From Eledone cirrhosa (lineage: Eukaryota): 64,000 nt of DNA. Under the pieces are notes generated by a model. It had not been told where the DNA came from. It saw only the letters and a list, made by a program, of their open reading frames with translations, and did not search any database. Shown here in pieces: positions 41,512 to 58,492 of this stretch; positions within the stretch are counted from its first letter, which is position 1; each line of letters opens with the position of its first letter. The position numbers were made by a program, and so were the translations under genes. The stretch spans positions 26,040,001-26,104,000 of the forward strand of contig OZ024745.1 of assembly GCA_964016885.1 (NCBI GenBank). The letters are read 5' to 3'.

Positions 41512-41595
41512 CCCGCTGATGAAGCCACATACGCCGATTATGCATTGTTACATAATATATGCAGACAGAGGATGCAGCCGAAACTCAAGTCCGGG
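41512..41595 (+). ncRNA. Type I hammerhead ribozyme motif with extended stem II
   Basis: CCCG-CTGATGA-[57 nt, AGCCACAT...ATGCAGCC]-GAAA-CTCAAG-TC-CGGG, followed by a ~145-nt tail and (TA)n at 41741. Confidence 0.75.
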
Positions 41596-41737
41596 AACTA
41601 TTATAGGCACCCGTTTTACGTGTGTTGTATTGAAGCGAATAACTGTGTATACTCTGGGAATGTATCTTACATTGCCTATTGAGTACGCTGCGATACAACC
41701 GGTACTGGCATTGATAAATATGGTGGTTCCGTCAACT

Positions 41738-41793
<56 letters not shown>

Positions 41794-42149
41794 ATACATA
41801 CATATATATATATATATCAATACATACATACATATATATATATCAATACATACATACATACATATATATATATATATCAATACATACAAACATACACATA
41901 TATATATATATATCTCAATACATACATACATACATACACACATATATATATATATCAATACATACATACATACACATATATATATATATCAATACATACA
42001 TACATACATATATATATCAATACATACATACATACACATATATATATATATGAATACATACATACATACACATATATATATATGAATACATACATACACA
42101 TATATATATATCAATACATACATACATACATATATCAATGCATACATAC

Positions 42150-42456
42150 ATGGCGGCTGCCAACTCGTTTTCAAGTACGGCCACTACTTTATATCCATGT
42201 AGGAGAACCCCTACCGATATGCTGAACGGGTGTGACTTTTTAGTCCAGCCAGCGACTTGAAAATTCTGGTACAAACACTACACCTGTGACAACTATTGAC
42301 ACATAGTGCTGGGCCCATGGTACCATGTGAGGACAAGTGCAGAGAGATCTCCAGATATAAAGCAATGCCTGTGCCGTGAAGCTTTTATAGTGAGCAAAGG
42401 CACTGCACAAAGCCAGTCCCACTCTTTTAACCAAGATGACATACATACATACATAC

Positions 42457-42457
<1 letters not shown>
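42150..42457 (+). mobile_element. Probable retroposon 3'UTR fragment with (CATA)n tail
   Basis: Unique, GC-richer 290-bp island inside a (TACA)n microsatellite, ending AAGATGA(CATA)n; no ORF homology recognised. Confidence 0.35.
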
Positions 42458-42505
<48 letters not shown>

Positions 42506-43370
42506 ATACATATATATATATATATATATATATCAATACATATATATATATATATCAATACATACATACATATATATATATATATCAATACATACATATA
42601 TATATCAATACATACATACTTATATATATATATATATATATCAATACATACATACTTATATATATATATATATCAATACATACATACATACATACATACA
42701 TACATACATAACATACATACATACATACACACACACATATATATATATATTTGCCCTGTTTTTTTTGGGGGAAAATATTTGTGTAAATGCTTTTAGTTGT
42801 TCTGTGAAATCACCCGATTCTAAGACACTGGTAATATTCCTAGAAATTAAGTTCAGTGGGTCAAATGAAATCATAATACTATAGACAAAGATATAGAGAT
42901 AATCATTTAATTCTACAATCTGGAATCTTTTCATCAATGTGATGAAATTTATAATTTGTTTAAATTTGTTAAGGATCTCTCATCGATATTGTTAAAATCT
43001 ATATATTCAGCATCTTGTATTAGTTTTCATCGATTATTTCACATTTATCATCGTCTTCAATGATTATTGATATAAACTCAAGGTCGTATCCAATTGCTTT
43101 AACGCATACACATTAAAAGTATGGTGAGATGTAGAAAAAACTAAAGGAACAAAGATAGAAATAACTATTTCAACGGGAGTTATATATGATAGTGAAAGAT
43201 GTTAACAGTTAATTTGCTTGATACAAGATATACTGTGAATTGATTTACATGCATTTCTAAGCACCAATCTTGTCGTGCTGAACTGAACGTCTTTGAATAT
43301 TTGGTATTCTTGGAACGTTCCTAACAAGTTTTCTTTGAAAATGTAATATATACATATTTTGGAATTGTCA

Positions 43371-43376
43371 TTTATT
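43371..43376 (-). promoter_or_regulatory. Candidate SoxE polyadenylation signal AATAAA (alternative at 43536-43541)
   Basis: TTTATT on + strand about 670 nt downstream of the stop codon, at the end of a transposon-free 3'UTR-like stretch. Common motif in AT-rich DNA. Confidence 0.4.
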
Positions 43377-44043
43377 AATTTTGAAAAAAAAAAAAAAAAA
43401 AGATTAATAGTTCTTTCTCCTCTTTTTTTTTTTTTTTTTTTTTTTTGAATAGAGGTAAAGTTTTTACAAAACGATGACTATTCTACACAGATGTATGACT
43501 TACAGAAAAGAAATCTCTGGTGCTGTTTGCTTACATTTATTAAGTGAAGATACTCGGAACTACTATACAAACAATTGGATGCATTGTTAGTATAAAGTTT
43601 TATAAGGCCAATAAGGTTTGGTTTTCTTGTTCGTGTTAATTAACATCATTTTTGTATCTGATTCTCTCTTTGTATGCTTCTCTCTCTCTCGTTCCCTTTC
43701 TCTCAACTCAATCTGTTTCTCTCTTTACATATATAGATATGTATATATGTATAATTTTAAAGTATATAAAACACAGTCACTATCTTTAAATTCTTAGATT
43801 TGTTCTAAATTTTAAACAAATATTTTGTTTTCCGTTTCAATCTTCTTTCATTTCACAATCAGTGATTCATTTACACCTGTGATTCTTGTGTAACTGTACG
43901 TTTGAGATCAACCGTTTCCTTACAGGCCGAAGGAATTTAGATCTACCGGAGTTTATCGTTAATATTAATATTAATATCAGTATTATTTACCATATATATA
44001 TATTACATGTATGTATATATATATGAAAATATTTCAATTAATT

Positions 44044-45011
44044 TCATGTATAACGCTCCCAAGTTTGTTCTCCTGGTCCTGCTGCTACAATGGGGTTAAA
44101 TGTTTGTCTAGCCATTGTGAGATATTGATAAGTCGGAGGAGAAGGATTAGAAACTACTTGTCCATTATGGTTTGAGTAATATGTCTGTTGGTGATTTGTT
44201 ACTGGGTATATCTGGTCATCGTTCATAGAATAACGAGATGTTGTATTGTCGTAATCTTCATATTTGTTTGTTTCGCAACGGAAATGATGAGGCAGTGGCT
44301 GCGGTTGGGCGTGTGGTGCGGGTGGTGGTGGAGCTTGTAAGTGTTCCAATTTGATGGTTGCAGGTGAATTAGGCTCTCGGAACTTACATTCGTTTTCGGC
44401 TGCCGTTGTATAAACTGGTCCTCGATGGTGGTGACCTATGTTGTTAGCAACTGCGCCATTATTGGGATTATTTCCGTTGTTTGAATTATTAACGTTAGGT
44501 GTGTTGGTATTGTTATTTGGAACCATGTTAGAAGTCATGCCTAGGTGGCCATTTGCTGCTTGATGTGCAGGTGGTGGTTGCTGTTGCTGCTGTTGTTGTT
44601 GCTGTTGTTGCTGTTGTTGTTGCTGTTGTTGTTGCTGTTGTTGTTGTTGTTGTTGTTGCGATGATAGATCGTAAGGAATGCTAGTTGGGCTTCCATTATT
44701 GAAAGGTTGCACACAAGCGCTGGCAGAAACACGATAATTGGTAGTCCAAGTTGGAGCAGTAGAGACGGCAGTCGGACTGGCCTGGTTGTAACAGGTATAC
44801 CCTCCATCAGATTGCGCTGCAGCTGCAGCTGCTGCGGCCGCCGCTGCTGCTGCTGCAACATTATGTTGGTGTGGGAGAATGGCTCCTGGATTCATTGCCA
44901 AATATTGATCGAGTTCATGATCATCAATATTGTCCAAACTCATTACATCATTTCCAAGTTCCCGTAGATCAACACGACTGAAGTCAATGGGGTGAGCTTG
45001 AGAATGTAATC
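44044..45011 (-). CDS. SoxE: SoxE last coding exon (exon 3): K2/TAM domain, poly-Ala, poly-Gln, C-terminal transactivation region
   Basis: Acceptor tatttcag (AG 45013-45012); phase 1 matches exon 2. Reads (G)LHSQAHPIDFSRVDLRELGNDVMSLDNIDDHELDQYL, similar to the SoxE IDF..VD..EL...DQYL domain. Contains a SUMO-type IKLE motif and ends QTWERYT-stop at 44044. Confidence 0.95.
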
Positions 45012-45181
45012 CTGAAATATAAATTTATATCATGAGACAAGGTCAACAACATCAACAGCAACAACAGAAACAACGATAATAATTATTATTATAAAGCAAT
45101 TAAATGTGATCAGAGGTAGTAAAAATGTTAATATTCGGATCCTCATTCTATTTTATAACCATAATTCCTTATATATATATT

Positions 45182-45277
<96 letters not shown>

Positions 45278-45877
45278 TACAGAGTGTGTGCGTGTGCGTG
45301 TGTGATTTGCTAGAGCGTCTCTCTTCATTCGGACTTCGAATTACCCCATGGACAATTTGTCTTTCAGAAAAGACACCACCTTTATGTTGGTGCAGAACCT
45401 CTATCCTTCAACCTGCCATTTCCTATATGTTCCATTGCATCAGGGAACAGAGTATCGAAGGGGTCTCTGTCTCTGCTCGTGACTGCATATGTGCATAAAA
45501 CCGTTATTTTAGCGAGAATACTACTGGTGTTAATACATGGCATTCATTATTATGGTTATTTTAACATAAATTGATATAAATCAGAATACAGTTTAACTAG
45601 CCGAGTAGCACAAATTGTATCTATGTATTTAACTACGTACATTTACATTCTAAATTTGACTTCTAAAAGAACTAACATTAACATCTTCCAGTGGTCGATC
45701 ACATATGTACCCATTATATTTAATCGACCGTACGATGCCATGACGATGCTAGAGATCACTATATAAATCACATTACATAATTTTAAGAGATATTAAGATT
45801 AATATTTCTATACGTGCATTAAACTGCACTTGTGGGAAACAGATATTTTAAAGCTTTAACTCCGTTGAAATACTTAC

Positions 45878-46224
45878 CCATGGGTCTGAGACGGGAGCGA
45901 TCTGCCATACATTTCATAAGTTCCTGCTGATTTGGTGTAGTTGGTGGTGTCGGTGGTCCATGTGAACCGTTATGAGGACTTGAACAATTGCTAGATTCGC
46001 CATCACTCATATGGGGTGTAGGTGAGTTCTGAAGGGACTTCAGCATCATACCTGGTGGAAGATGGTGTTGTACATCAACTGATCCGGAACTGCTAACACC
46101 AGAAGTTTTGAGAGGCTTACGGCGGCGTGGTTGGTATTTATAATCGGGGTAGTCTTTTTTGTGTTGTACTCTTAGACGCTCTGCTTCATCAATAAAGGGT
46201 CGCTTTTCTTTTTCATTTAATAAC
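45878..46224 (-). CDS. SoxE: SoxE (Sox9-like) transcription factor, exon 2: C-terminal half of HMG box plus GPPTPPTTP motif
   Basis: Translates (R)[36 protein letters not shown]...[30 protein letters not shown](G). It is preceded by a pyrimidine-rich acceptor tctctttgtag (AG 46226-46225) at the phase-2 intron position typical of SoxE HMG boxes, and followed by a GTAAGT donor at 45877. Length 347 = 1+345+1. Confidence 0.96.
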
Positions 46225-47575
46225 CTACAAAGAGAAAGGTAATAACATTGAAGCTTATATTAGTCATTCAAAAGACATTTAATATTACACGGACAATGAA
46301 AAGAAACTGAAAAAATAGTATAAGATATTTAAAAAGATATGGTATTTAAGAAAGATACCATAGATATGATATTTTAAAAAATACCAAAACTTATAATTTA
46401 AAACGTTTGAAAAATAATAATTTTGAATACGACATTGGAGATTTGTTATGCTCATTCTTTAAGACTGGAAACAATTGATATTGATAGTACATAAATGACA
46501 TAATTATATGTATTAGTACAAGGTTGCAGGCACTGCAGGAATAACACCCTAAATTCATAGGTTTGCAAATGTTAGGGTTGACCAAGAATGCACGACGGCT
46601 ACAAACCTAAACTCTGTTAAAGAATCGCTGTTCTGCTACTCCTATATCACAAAACAATCTTATAATCTATCTGTTTAACATCTGTCGCTCAGCTTGAGGC
46701 CACCACTGATTTTAGCAGGACAAACATTTTAAGAAACTAATACGGAAATTTCTTTCTCAATATCATGTCGTTTTTTGTTTTATAATCTTTAAATAAAAAT
46801 TCCAAAATTTCAGAATTCCATTACAAAAACATGAAAAGATATCCATGCAGGACAGACCAATTGATGTAACCTGTGCAATGTATGAATATAATTTTTCCCA
46901 CTTTTCCAGATTGCTATTAAATGGTTATAGAAAATCTTCCGACTTATCTTAGTGATCATGAAACAAGCACGGTATGAAATTTCATGTCACAACAGGAGCG
47001 AACAAACCCGGATGTAGACTAGGAAATGGTATCTAAGTATCTTTTCCTTTCCTTCGGGATAGGTGTCCAGCTGGTAAAGACGACATTTATAAGAGGATAG
47101 GCCGTCATCACATGTCATTATATTTAAAAGCTGCACTATAATCTAACACTAGGACAGGCTGTTTCTTGAGCTATGCTTACTAAAGTGGGTCATTTCAGTT
47201 ACATTCAAACGCCCCATTACCACTACCACCATATAAAATATATAGAAAAATGTAACAAGACAAAACAAAACAGGGAAAGAACGTTAGATATCTGTCAAAT
47301 GTTTTGATAATAAGACAGGCGCACGTTCTCAAAATACAACTCAGAAAAGTGAATCGGTGAAAAAACGACAGCAAACAGTGGTGTTTGGTTGGAAATCAAA
47401 GTATACAAACCAACAAATGATGAACAAAAAAAGGAAAGGAGCTCTATCGTATCAAGTGTTGATACATTTTAAACTGTCTCCCTTTCAATAGCCACATATA
47501 CACACATACCTAATACATACATACGTATCAGATTTATATTGATATGTGTATAATTATGTATGTACACATGTGTAT

Positions 47576-47615
<40 letters not shown>

Positions 47616-49867
47616 CTATGTGTGTGTGTGGACATTTTCTTTCTTAAAATTGATATATCTCTCCGAAGAGAAACTTAATACAAAAATAAATAAATAAATA
47701 AATAAATAAATAAAGTAAAATACCAGAACCATCAAAATTCGTTAAACAATACTTTAAGAAGTGACAAACGAAAGATCAGTTCACGAGAAGCCAAATTCAC
47801 CAAAGTAAAAATCAACAACAAAAATAATGTTAATGTTCATTTTAGACATGTTTAAAGTAAAAAAAGACAAAGGTGGGGATATTTTTAGAATATTGCGAAG
47901 TGTGTCATTGTATAAGATGTAAAGTTCAGTTTCGGCAACGCAAGACCATGATGCTTATATTCCCTAGTTCGATATCCGGTGAGAACCGGTTTCTTCCAAT
48001 TCAGCCATTACAATTCTTGAGAAAGAAACTGATGGTTAGATTTTAACATTATCAGCCTTTCCTTCAGGAAGAAACATGGTCACTCGATCTACTAGAAATA
48101 GCAACCCAATATATCCTGCCGTCTTATATATAGGAAAATATCACATCAGAATATGTTGTGGTATATACAACTAAACAGACCGGTTTGTCAAGGCTGGAAT
48201 GCCTTTGATCATAGATATGACCAAACAAATTTTATCCAGGGTTAAATAACCACAACAGCAATCTTATTTAAACAAGCTAGTTATGGATCTTCAACGTAAT
48301 AACTTAACCTGCTAGAAATAAGAGCTAATTATCCTTCAGAAAAAAATATAACGTCTTACAATGGTAGGATATATTCACTATGTCTAGAAAAGACTGAGAA
48401 ACGGGTGACCACCCCTGTGATCTTATATTTTCATAGCTGACTCCAGGTCTTGATTTCAAGTCTTAGATCAAGTTATTTATATCTGTTCCCAGTTAAAATC
48501 CTGAATGTCACTTTTTCGTGTAGAAAATTTCTGATCAAAGCCCTACATCAGTTTTTGATCCATATTTTATTTATTTACCGCCACCAAATTTCTTTTCTCA
48601 AAAGAAGCTTTATTTCGGTTACTGCCTTACGTTCGCCCACCCTCGCGTGAGAAAAATATATTTGTACTGTAAGACTTCTCCATGGTCAAGAAGTTTTTTT
48701 AAGAAGAAAAAATATATATTTATTTTCAATAAAAGAATGACTGTTTGGGTGGCCATGAGTAAGATGATCGGCTTAAGTTATCTCTTACTGATTCTTACAG
48801 TATATCATGGGAACGATGTAACTGAAGTGGTTTTTGGGGGAGATCAGTATGCTGTGTAAATAGCAGATAATTCTTAAACACCAATTCGTAACTCAACTGA
48901 AGATCCGGAAGTTTAGATCAGATGAAAACCTATTTTTTCCATCGTGTGATTAACTAAATGGTTTTAAGAAAATAAACGACAACACGAACATTTTAATATA
49001 TTTTAAAATAAAATAAGTCAAACAAAAATATTAATGTTATTTTTAGAAATAAAAAAATAAGTAGCATTCAGTGCTCTTTCCTGTTATATCTTTTCATGTA
49101 TTATGAAACTTATTTAATGCTTAACACAACTGGTGACAGCCATTTCTAATAGTGGTAGAGTGCCAAACTAAATGCTTCTAGCAATTCGTGTCATATGTCT
49201 ACATTTGGAGATCAATTTAATTATTTTCAATTCTTCTGAAATATTAAATGAATTACTAGTTATATTTAATTCGATTCATTTTAATATATTATTTCACTTA
49301 AAGTTTGCTTCGGATTTTTATTAAAAAATACGGAAATATAAAAAAATAAAAGCAAGAAACTGCTCACTACACTGAACGTTCAAATTGCACCGAGGATGTC
49401 AAAATGGCGCCCCTACGATATAATGGAGTGTTAAGGGCCCTTTACGTTTTAAAAATATGTATTGTTTGTCTACTCCTTTGATTCGTAGGTGTATCGTGAA
49501 CCCTTCTACCCTAATTACGAAGTACCTTATGTAGTATCGAGTCGCTAATGATTCTAATAACTCACCACCTTATGCTCTATATACAAATCCCAATTCTTCA
49601 AAATAATTTCTAACCTAACTTCTGATATTGTCAAATGTATAATTCTTCTATTTTATATTATATTTATCTCGTCGGAGGTAAAGAGTAACAGGTTATGCTC
49701 CCTTTTCTCTGAAGTAAAAATAACACGTACCTAATTACCAGGGAAAACTATAAAATTTCAAAATATTCTAGGCTTGAAAAATATAAATTTCACCAATTAT
49801 TTGGTCTAATATTTAAACATTTAAATGTAAACATTTAGACTTGCATTTTATGATACATGGCAATATT

Positions 49868-50060
49868 TAGCGTCGGACAATATGCTTTATGGCACAGAGT
49901 TACGCCCCTTTACGATCTCAGTTCAAACCCCGCAGAGGTTAGTTTTGCCTTTCATCCTTACGGGGTCGATAAAATAAAGTACCAGTAATGCACTGGGGTC
50001 TATTTAATCGACTTTCCCACCCCACAAAATGTTTGGCCTTGTGCCTAAATGTGAAACCAA
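49868..50060 (+). mobile_element. Nin-domain SINE (in presumed SoxE intron 1)
   Basis: B-box and Nin core present. Confidence 0.8.
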
Positions 50061-50811
50061 TATATATGATAATGGTAAATATACATGGATTATATACAAT
50101 CAAACACATTAATAACATCAAACTACAACAATTTGAACGAAATAACAAAGGAATGCACAAAATTGAGAGAAATGTGAAATAATAGCAGAGTAAATTACGA
50201 ACTTGTACATGTGATTTGGACAATCTTTTTAACGATTATTTTGTACTACTTCTTTAGTTTTTATACACACATATATAAATTCATAGCGTAACTGAAACCC
50301 AGGAAATGGAAAAGGAAAACACAGTGGTTAAAAGGGGGTTGTTTTTACATGATATGCGATTGTTTTACATAGAAAAAAAAAGATAGCAATAATAACTAAA
50401 ACAAAAGGTTTGGGTTTGAAATGAATTACAAATTTTTGCTGTCCTCGAAGAAGTGGCTAACATTGTTTTTACTGATTTGGTCATGGTCTAGTAATTTTGC
50501 ATCTAAGTGAAAGTTAACTGTAAAAAAGTGAATTTCTTAAATGACACAAAATATAAACATATACGCACGTTTATACACGTCTCTACCTCTTTATGTAAGA
50601 GCTCTCTCCAGTCTCTAGCTCTTTATGTAAGAACTCTCTTCAGTCACAAATGATAATTTGATGATAGACGGCATAACGCATTAATTATTTCGGGAATCGA
50701 AATGGCGATCATGAGGTTTGGAACCCAACACTAACCACCAGGCCACAACATTCGTGCATGTGTGTGAGTGTTTGTGTGTGTGTGTGTCTATGTGAATATC
50801 TTTCTCTCTCT

Positions 50812-53215
<2,404 letters not shown>

Positions 53216-53228
53216 TTTTTTTTTTTTG

Positions 53229-54504
53229 CGTGGGGACATAGAAATAATCGGGCTGGATGCCCGATCGCGCAGTTAATCCACTGGGAGTGAAGAACCCCCT
53301 AGCCCTTGTCAGGGCACTCTTCTAGGAGAAGGCATCTCAGGAAACTGGGATAACTCCGATATAAAACCTGCGGCTCAGTAGTTACCGATGATGTTGATCT
53401 TTTCTTCTTTTCGGGTTATAGCTACTGTCGTTCAGAGAGTGGGATTGGCTCAGTGCACAGTCTTTCCTGACTTTAAAAATATTCGTCACGCACAGGCATT
53501 GCACGAGTGCATTACCGTCTGCTGACACACATTGCAGATTGTGTTCTTCCTGAAAGTCAATCTGGTTTTCGTGCTGGACGCGGCACTACTGATATGATCT
53601 TCTCAGCTAGACAGCTCCAGGAAAAGTGCACTGAACAAGGCTTGGATCTGTATCAGGTTTTTGTCGATCTGACAAAGGCTTTCGATACTGTCAACAGAGA
53701 TGCATTATGGAAGGTTCTCCAGAAACTTGGTTGCCCTGATAAGTTCCTTGCTTTAGTTAGGTCTTTCCATGACGACATGAAGGCTTGGGTTAATGTCGGA
53801 GGTAACGTGTCGGAGCCTATCTCAGTAAAAAATGGAGTGAAACAGGGGGATATTCCAGCACCGACCCTGTTTGCCATATACTTTGCAATGGTTTTCTGTA
53901 TTGCATTCAGGAATTGCGAGCATGGTGTTTACATCCGATATCGAACCTCAGGCAGCATATTTAACATCAGGCGCTTTGCTGCGAAGACAAAAGTATTTAC
54001 ATCAATGGTGCTGAAATGCAGCGTATGTGCGAGACTCTGCCTAAGCAAAGCTGGACTCGAAAGTCATCTTCGCAGTCATAAAGTAAGACCAGTGGTTGAC
54101 TACCAGGCTGCTGTTGGAGATGCTACTCATCATGCTTGCCAAACATGTGGTAGAGAATATAAATCAGCAGGAGGGCTCAAGCGACATGCACAAGTACACG
54201 AACTCCAACCACAGCCGACTATACCCAGTGAATGTTTTGGTTGCCAACTCTGTGCAAGACATTTTAGATCATTGGCTGGGCTAAAAAGCCACATTCGATC
54301 GCAGCACTGTTAGTTGCTATCGTGTGTGTGTGGATATGCTTATGTGCGTGCGTGTGTGTGTATATATATATGAATATGTATATTATTATTGTTGTTGTCG
54401 TTATTATTATTGCTATTATTATTATTAATGTATGTGTGTGTGTATATGTGTGTGTGTATGTATGTGTGTATGTATATATGTATATTTTTAAAAACATTTT
54501 TTTT

Positions 54505-54567
<63 letters not shown>

Positions 54568-54650
54568 TTAATTTTTTATTATTTTCTTATTTATTTATTT
54601 TTTTAAATCTCGTGCAATGGCCATACTCGATAACGAGGGGGCAGCCATCA
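53229..54650 (+). mobile_element. Internally deleted RTE-type LINE: 5'UTR, partial RT fused in frame to three zinc fingers, 3'UTR
   Basis: 5'UTR with CTAGGAGAAGG...AACTCCGATATAAAACC. Frame 53507-54313 reads LPESQSGFRAGRGTTDMIF...FVDLTKAFDTV...GVKQGD..APTLF...TSMV and then jumps to LKCSVC zinc fingers, lacking YADD. Same 3' end as the 4377 copy. Confidence 0.88.
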
Positions 54651-54690
54651 TTTATATATATATATATATGTATATATATATGTATATATG

Positions 54691-54721
<31 letters not shown>

Positions 54722-54810
54722 GTATATATATGTGTATATATATATGTCGTTGAGTGCTCCAGCCTGCATACTGAGGTGTTGGTATACAACCAACATAAAC
54801 TCAAAATCTC

Positions 54811-54867
<57 letters not shown>

Positions 54868-54884
54868 GTATATGTATATATATG

Positions 54885-54918
<34 letters not shown>

Positions 54919-54923
54919 TATAG

Positions 54924-55040
<117 letters not shown>

Positions 55041-55041
55041 G

Positions 55042-55134
<93 letters not shown>

Positions 55135-55537
55135 GTATATATATATATGTATATATATATATGTAATATATATATATGTATATATATAATATGTATATAT
55201 ATATATGTATTATATATATATGTAATCCAAGTAATCCCGGACAAACCACCCACACCCGGATATGTCTCCGCAAACAGTAATTCTCTTCTCGAATGGGCCA
55301 TGGTGCCCAAATCTGATTGAAAGACTTCGCCAGGTGGTGCTATTAAGTTAGACATGGCCTGGGCCAATACTGGTCAAAACATTTCAAAGTTATATATACA
55401 TATATACATATATACATATACATATATACATATATATACATATATATACATATATACATATATATACATATATACATATATATACATATATATACATATA
55501 TACATATATACATATATATACATATATACATATATAC

Positions 55538-55574
<37 letters not shown>

Positions 55575-55785
55575 CATATATATACATACATATATATACA
55601 TATATATACATACATATATATACATATATATACATACATATATATATATATATACATACATATATATATATATATACATACATATATATATATATATACA
55701 TACATATATATATACATATATACATACATATATATATATATATACATACATATATACATACATATATACATACATATATACATAC

Positions 55786-55818
<33 letters not shown>

Positions 55819-55873
55819 CATACATATATATATACATACATATATACATACATATATATATACATACATATAC

Positions 55874-55926
<53 letters not shown>

Positions 55927-55957
55927 CATACATATATATACATATATATATACATAC

Positions 55958-55989
<32 letters not shown>

Positions 55990-56004
55990 GTATGTATATA
56001 ATAC

Positions 56005-56049
<45 letters not shown>

Positions 56050-56078
56050 CATATATATGTATATATATACATATATAC

Positions 56079-56138
<60 letters not shown>

Positions 56139-56389
56139 TACATATATACATACATATACATATATATATATATATATGTATATAATACATATATATATAT
56201 ACATACATATATATATATATACATATATATATATACATACATATATATATATACATATATATATATACATACATATATATATATATACATATATATATAT
56301 ACATACATATATATATATACATATATATATATACATACATATATATATATACATATATATATATACATACATATATATATATATACATA

Positions 56390-56430
<41 letters not shown>

Positions 56431-56614
56431 ACATATATATATATACATATATATATATACATATATATAATATACATATATATATTTATATATATGTATA
56501 TATATATATACATACATACATATATATATATGTATATATATACATATATATATACATATATACATATATATATACATATATATATATACATACATACATA
56601 TATATATACATACA

Positions 56615-56650
<36 letters not shown>

Positions 56651-57017
56651 TACATACATACATATATATATACATACATACATATATACATATATACATA
56701 CATACATATATACATACATACATATATACATATATACATACATACATATATACATATATATATATACATATATATATATACATATATATACATACATACA
56801 TATATATATACATACATACATACATATATATATATGTATATATATACATATATATATATATACATATATACATATATATATATACATACATACATACATA
56901 TATATATATGTATATATATACATATATATATATATACATACATACATATATATACATACATACATACATATATATTCATACATACATATATATATATACA
57001 TACATACATATATATAT

Positions 57018-57071
<54 letters not shown>

Positions 57072-57078
<7 letters not shown>

Positions 57079-57440
57079 ATAACAGGATGTTGGACTGGTG
57101 TAATTCCTTAAAGGTTTATTATACTATGAACATTTCAACTATGAATCCAGTGACATCATCAGGTTTTCGAAATTTAACAAAGGAATATAATCTATGGGCC
57201 GCCTTCTTGTCTCTCTGAACCCGGTCATTGAAATGTTCATAGTATAATAAACCCTTAAGGAATTACCCCAGTCCAGCCTCCTTCTATTTTATAATAATTA
57301 ACTCCGTACTCGCACCAGCAACTACACTAACGAAGACGGGTGGGTTGCATTACGTTGAGTGCTCTCCCTAATATTACATCAAGGTTGACCATACGGAATG
57401 ACCAGTTCTATCCAGTGGTGAACCAACAAACCTAAATGCA
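57072..57440 (+). mobile_element. Fold-back Penelope-like pLTR remnant with degenerate hammerhead (57121-57166, minus arm)
   Basis: Inverted arms at about 57072-57138 and 57228-57294. The minus arm reads AAAC-CTGATGA-...-GAAA-TGTTCA-TA-GTAT. Tail contains CGTTGAGTGCTC. Confidence 0.55.
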
Positions 57441-57449
57441 TATATATTG

Positions 57450-57611
57450 ATAGGAAAATGTATGACCCCGACGGCAGAGCTCAAGCCGTTTCGACGGCTA
57501 TTTCGGGACTCTTTTTGGGTCATACATTTTCCTATTACCCACTCTACTACCCTAAGTATCGAGTACTTTGGTGCGTTATGGTCCATCTGGTTCCTTACAA
57601 CAACACCTTCG

Positions 57612-57613
<2 letters not shown>
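57450..57613 (+). mobile_element. Family A pseudo-LTR remnant with inverted segment
   Basis: ATAGGAAAATGTATGACCC...GGGTCATACATTTTCCTAT inverted pair plus the family A tail and (TA)n. Confidence 0.65.
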
Positions 57614-57673
<60 letters not shown>

Positions 57674-57796
57674 CGTATGCATATATATATGTTATAGAAT
57701 ACTATTAGCTTCTCGCTAAAACAATTTCTATACCGTTCATTTATATATGTATATACATATATATATATATTTATATAAATACATATACATATATAT

Positions 57797-57831
<35 letters not shown>

Positions 57832-57854
57832 TATATATATACATATACATATAC

Positions 57855-57885
<31 letters not shown>

Positions 57886-57924
57886 AATACATATACATAT
57901 ATATATATATACATATACATATAC

Positions 57925-57955
<31 letters not shown>

Positions 57956-57988
57956 CATATATATATATATATATATGTATTTATATAC

Positions 57989-58047
<59 letters not shown>

Positions 58048-58456
58048 TGGGTAGATATATATATTTCAATTCGTATTTGTAGACGGATACTGGGAAACAG
58101 ACATATTTGCACAGATTCACAAACGTTTAAATGTATATTCATGAACTCATAAAGTCCGTTAATATACATGAACACTAACAACTTGACAGGGGACTGATTT
58201 CTACCAATAAGTTGTTCAGAATGTGTAAAAACGAGATGAAATGAAAATATATTTCCAGCTTGAAAGAAAATAATTCACCGCTTATTTATGCATCTCCAAT
58301 TAGTAAGCGTTGCACTATTAGCGATAACACTAAACATATTGCTAACATGTTCTAAATTGTTCAACTCATGAATTTGGTGCTGAAAAACATAAAAGCGTAG
58401 AACGCTGCTCGTAGTATTAGGTTGTACGGTCTAATAGACATTGAAAGCGTTGATGT

Positions 58457-58491
<35 letters not shown>

Positions 58492-58492
<1 letters not shown>

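Noticed and set aside
45819-45877. Read-through of the exon 2 ORF to a stop at 45819
   Set aside because: Strong GTAAGT donor and an in-phase exon 3 with the conserved domain explain the structure better.
48895-48935. CTGAAGA...GAAA motif
   Set aside because: Helices do not pair; likely chance.
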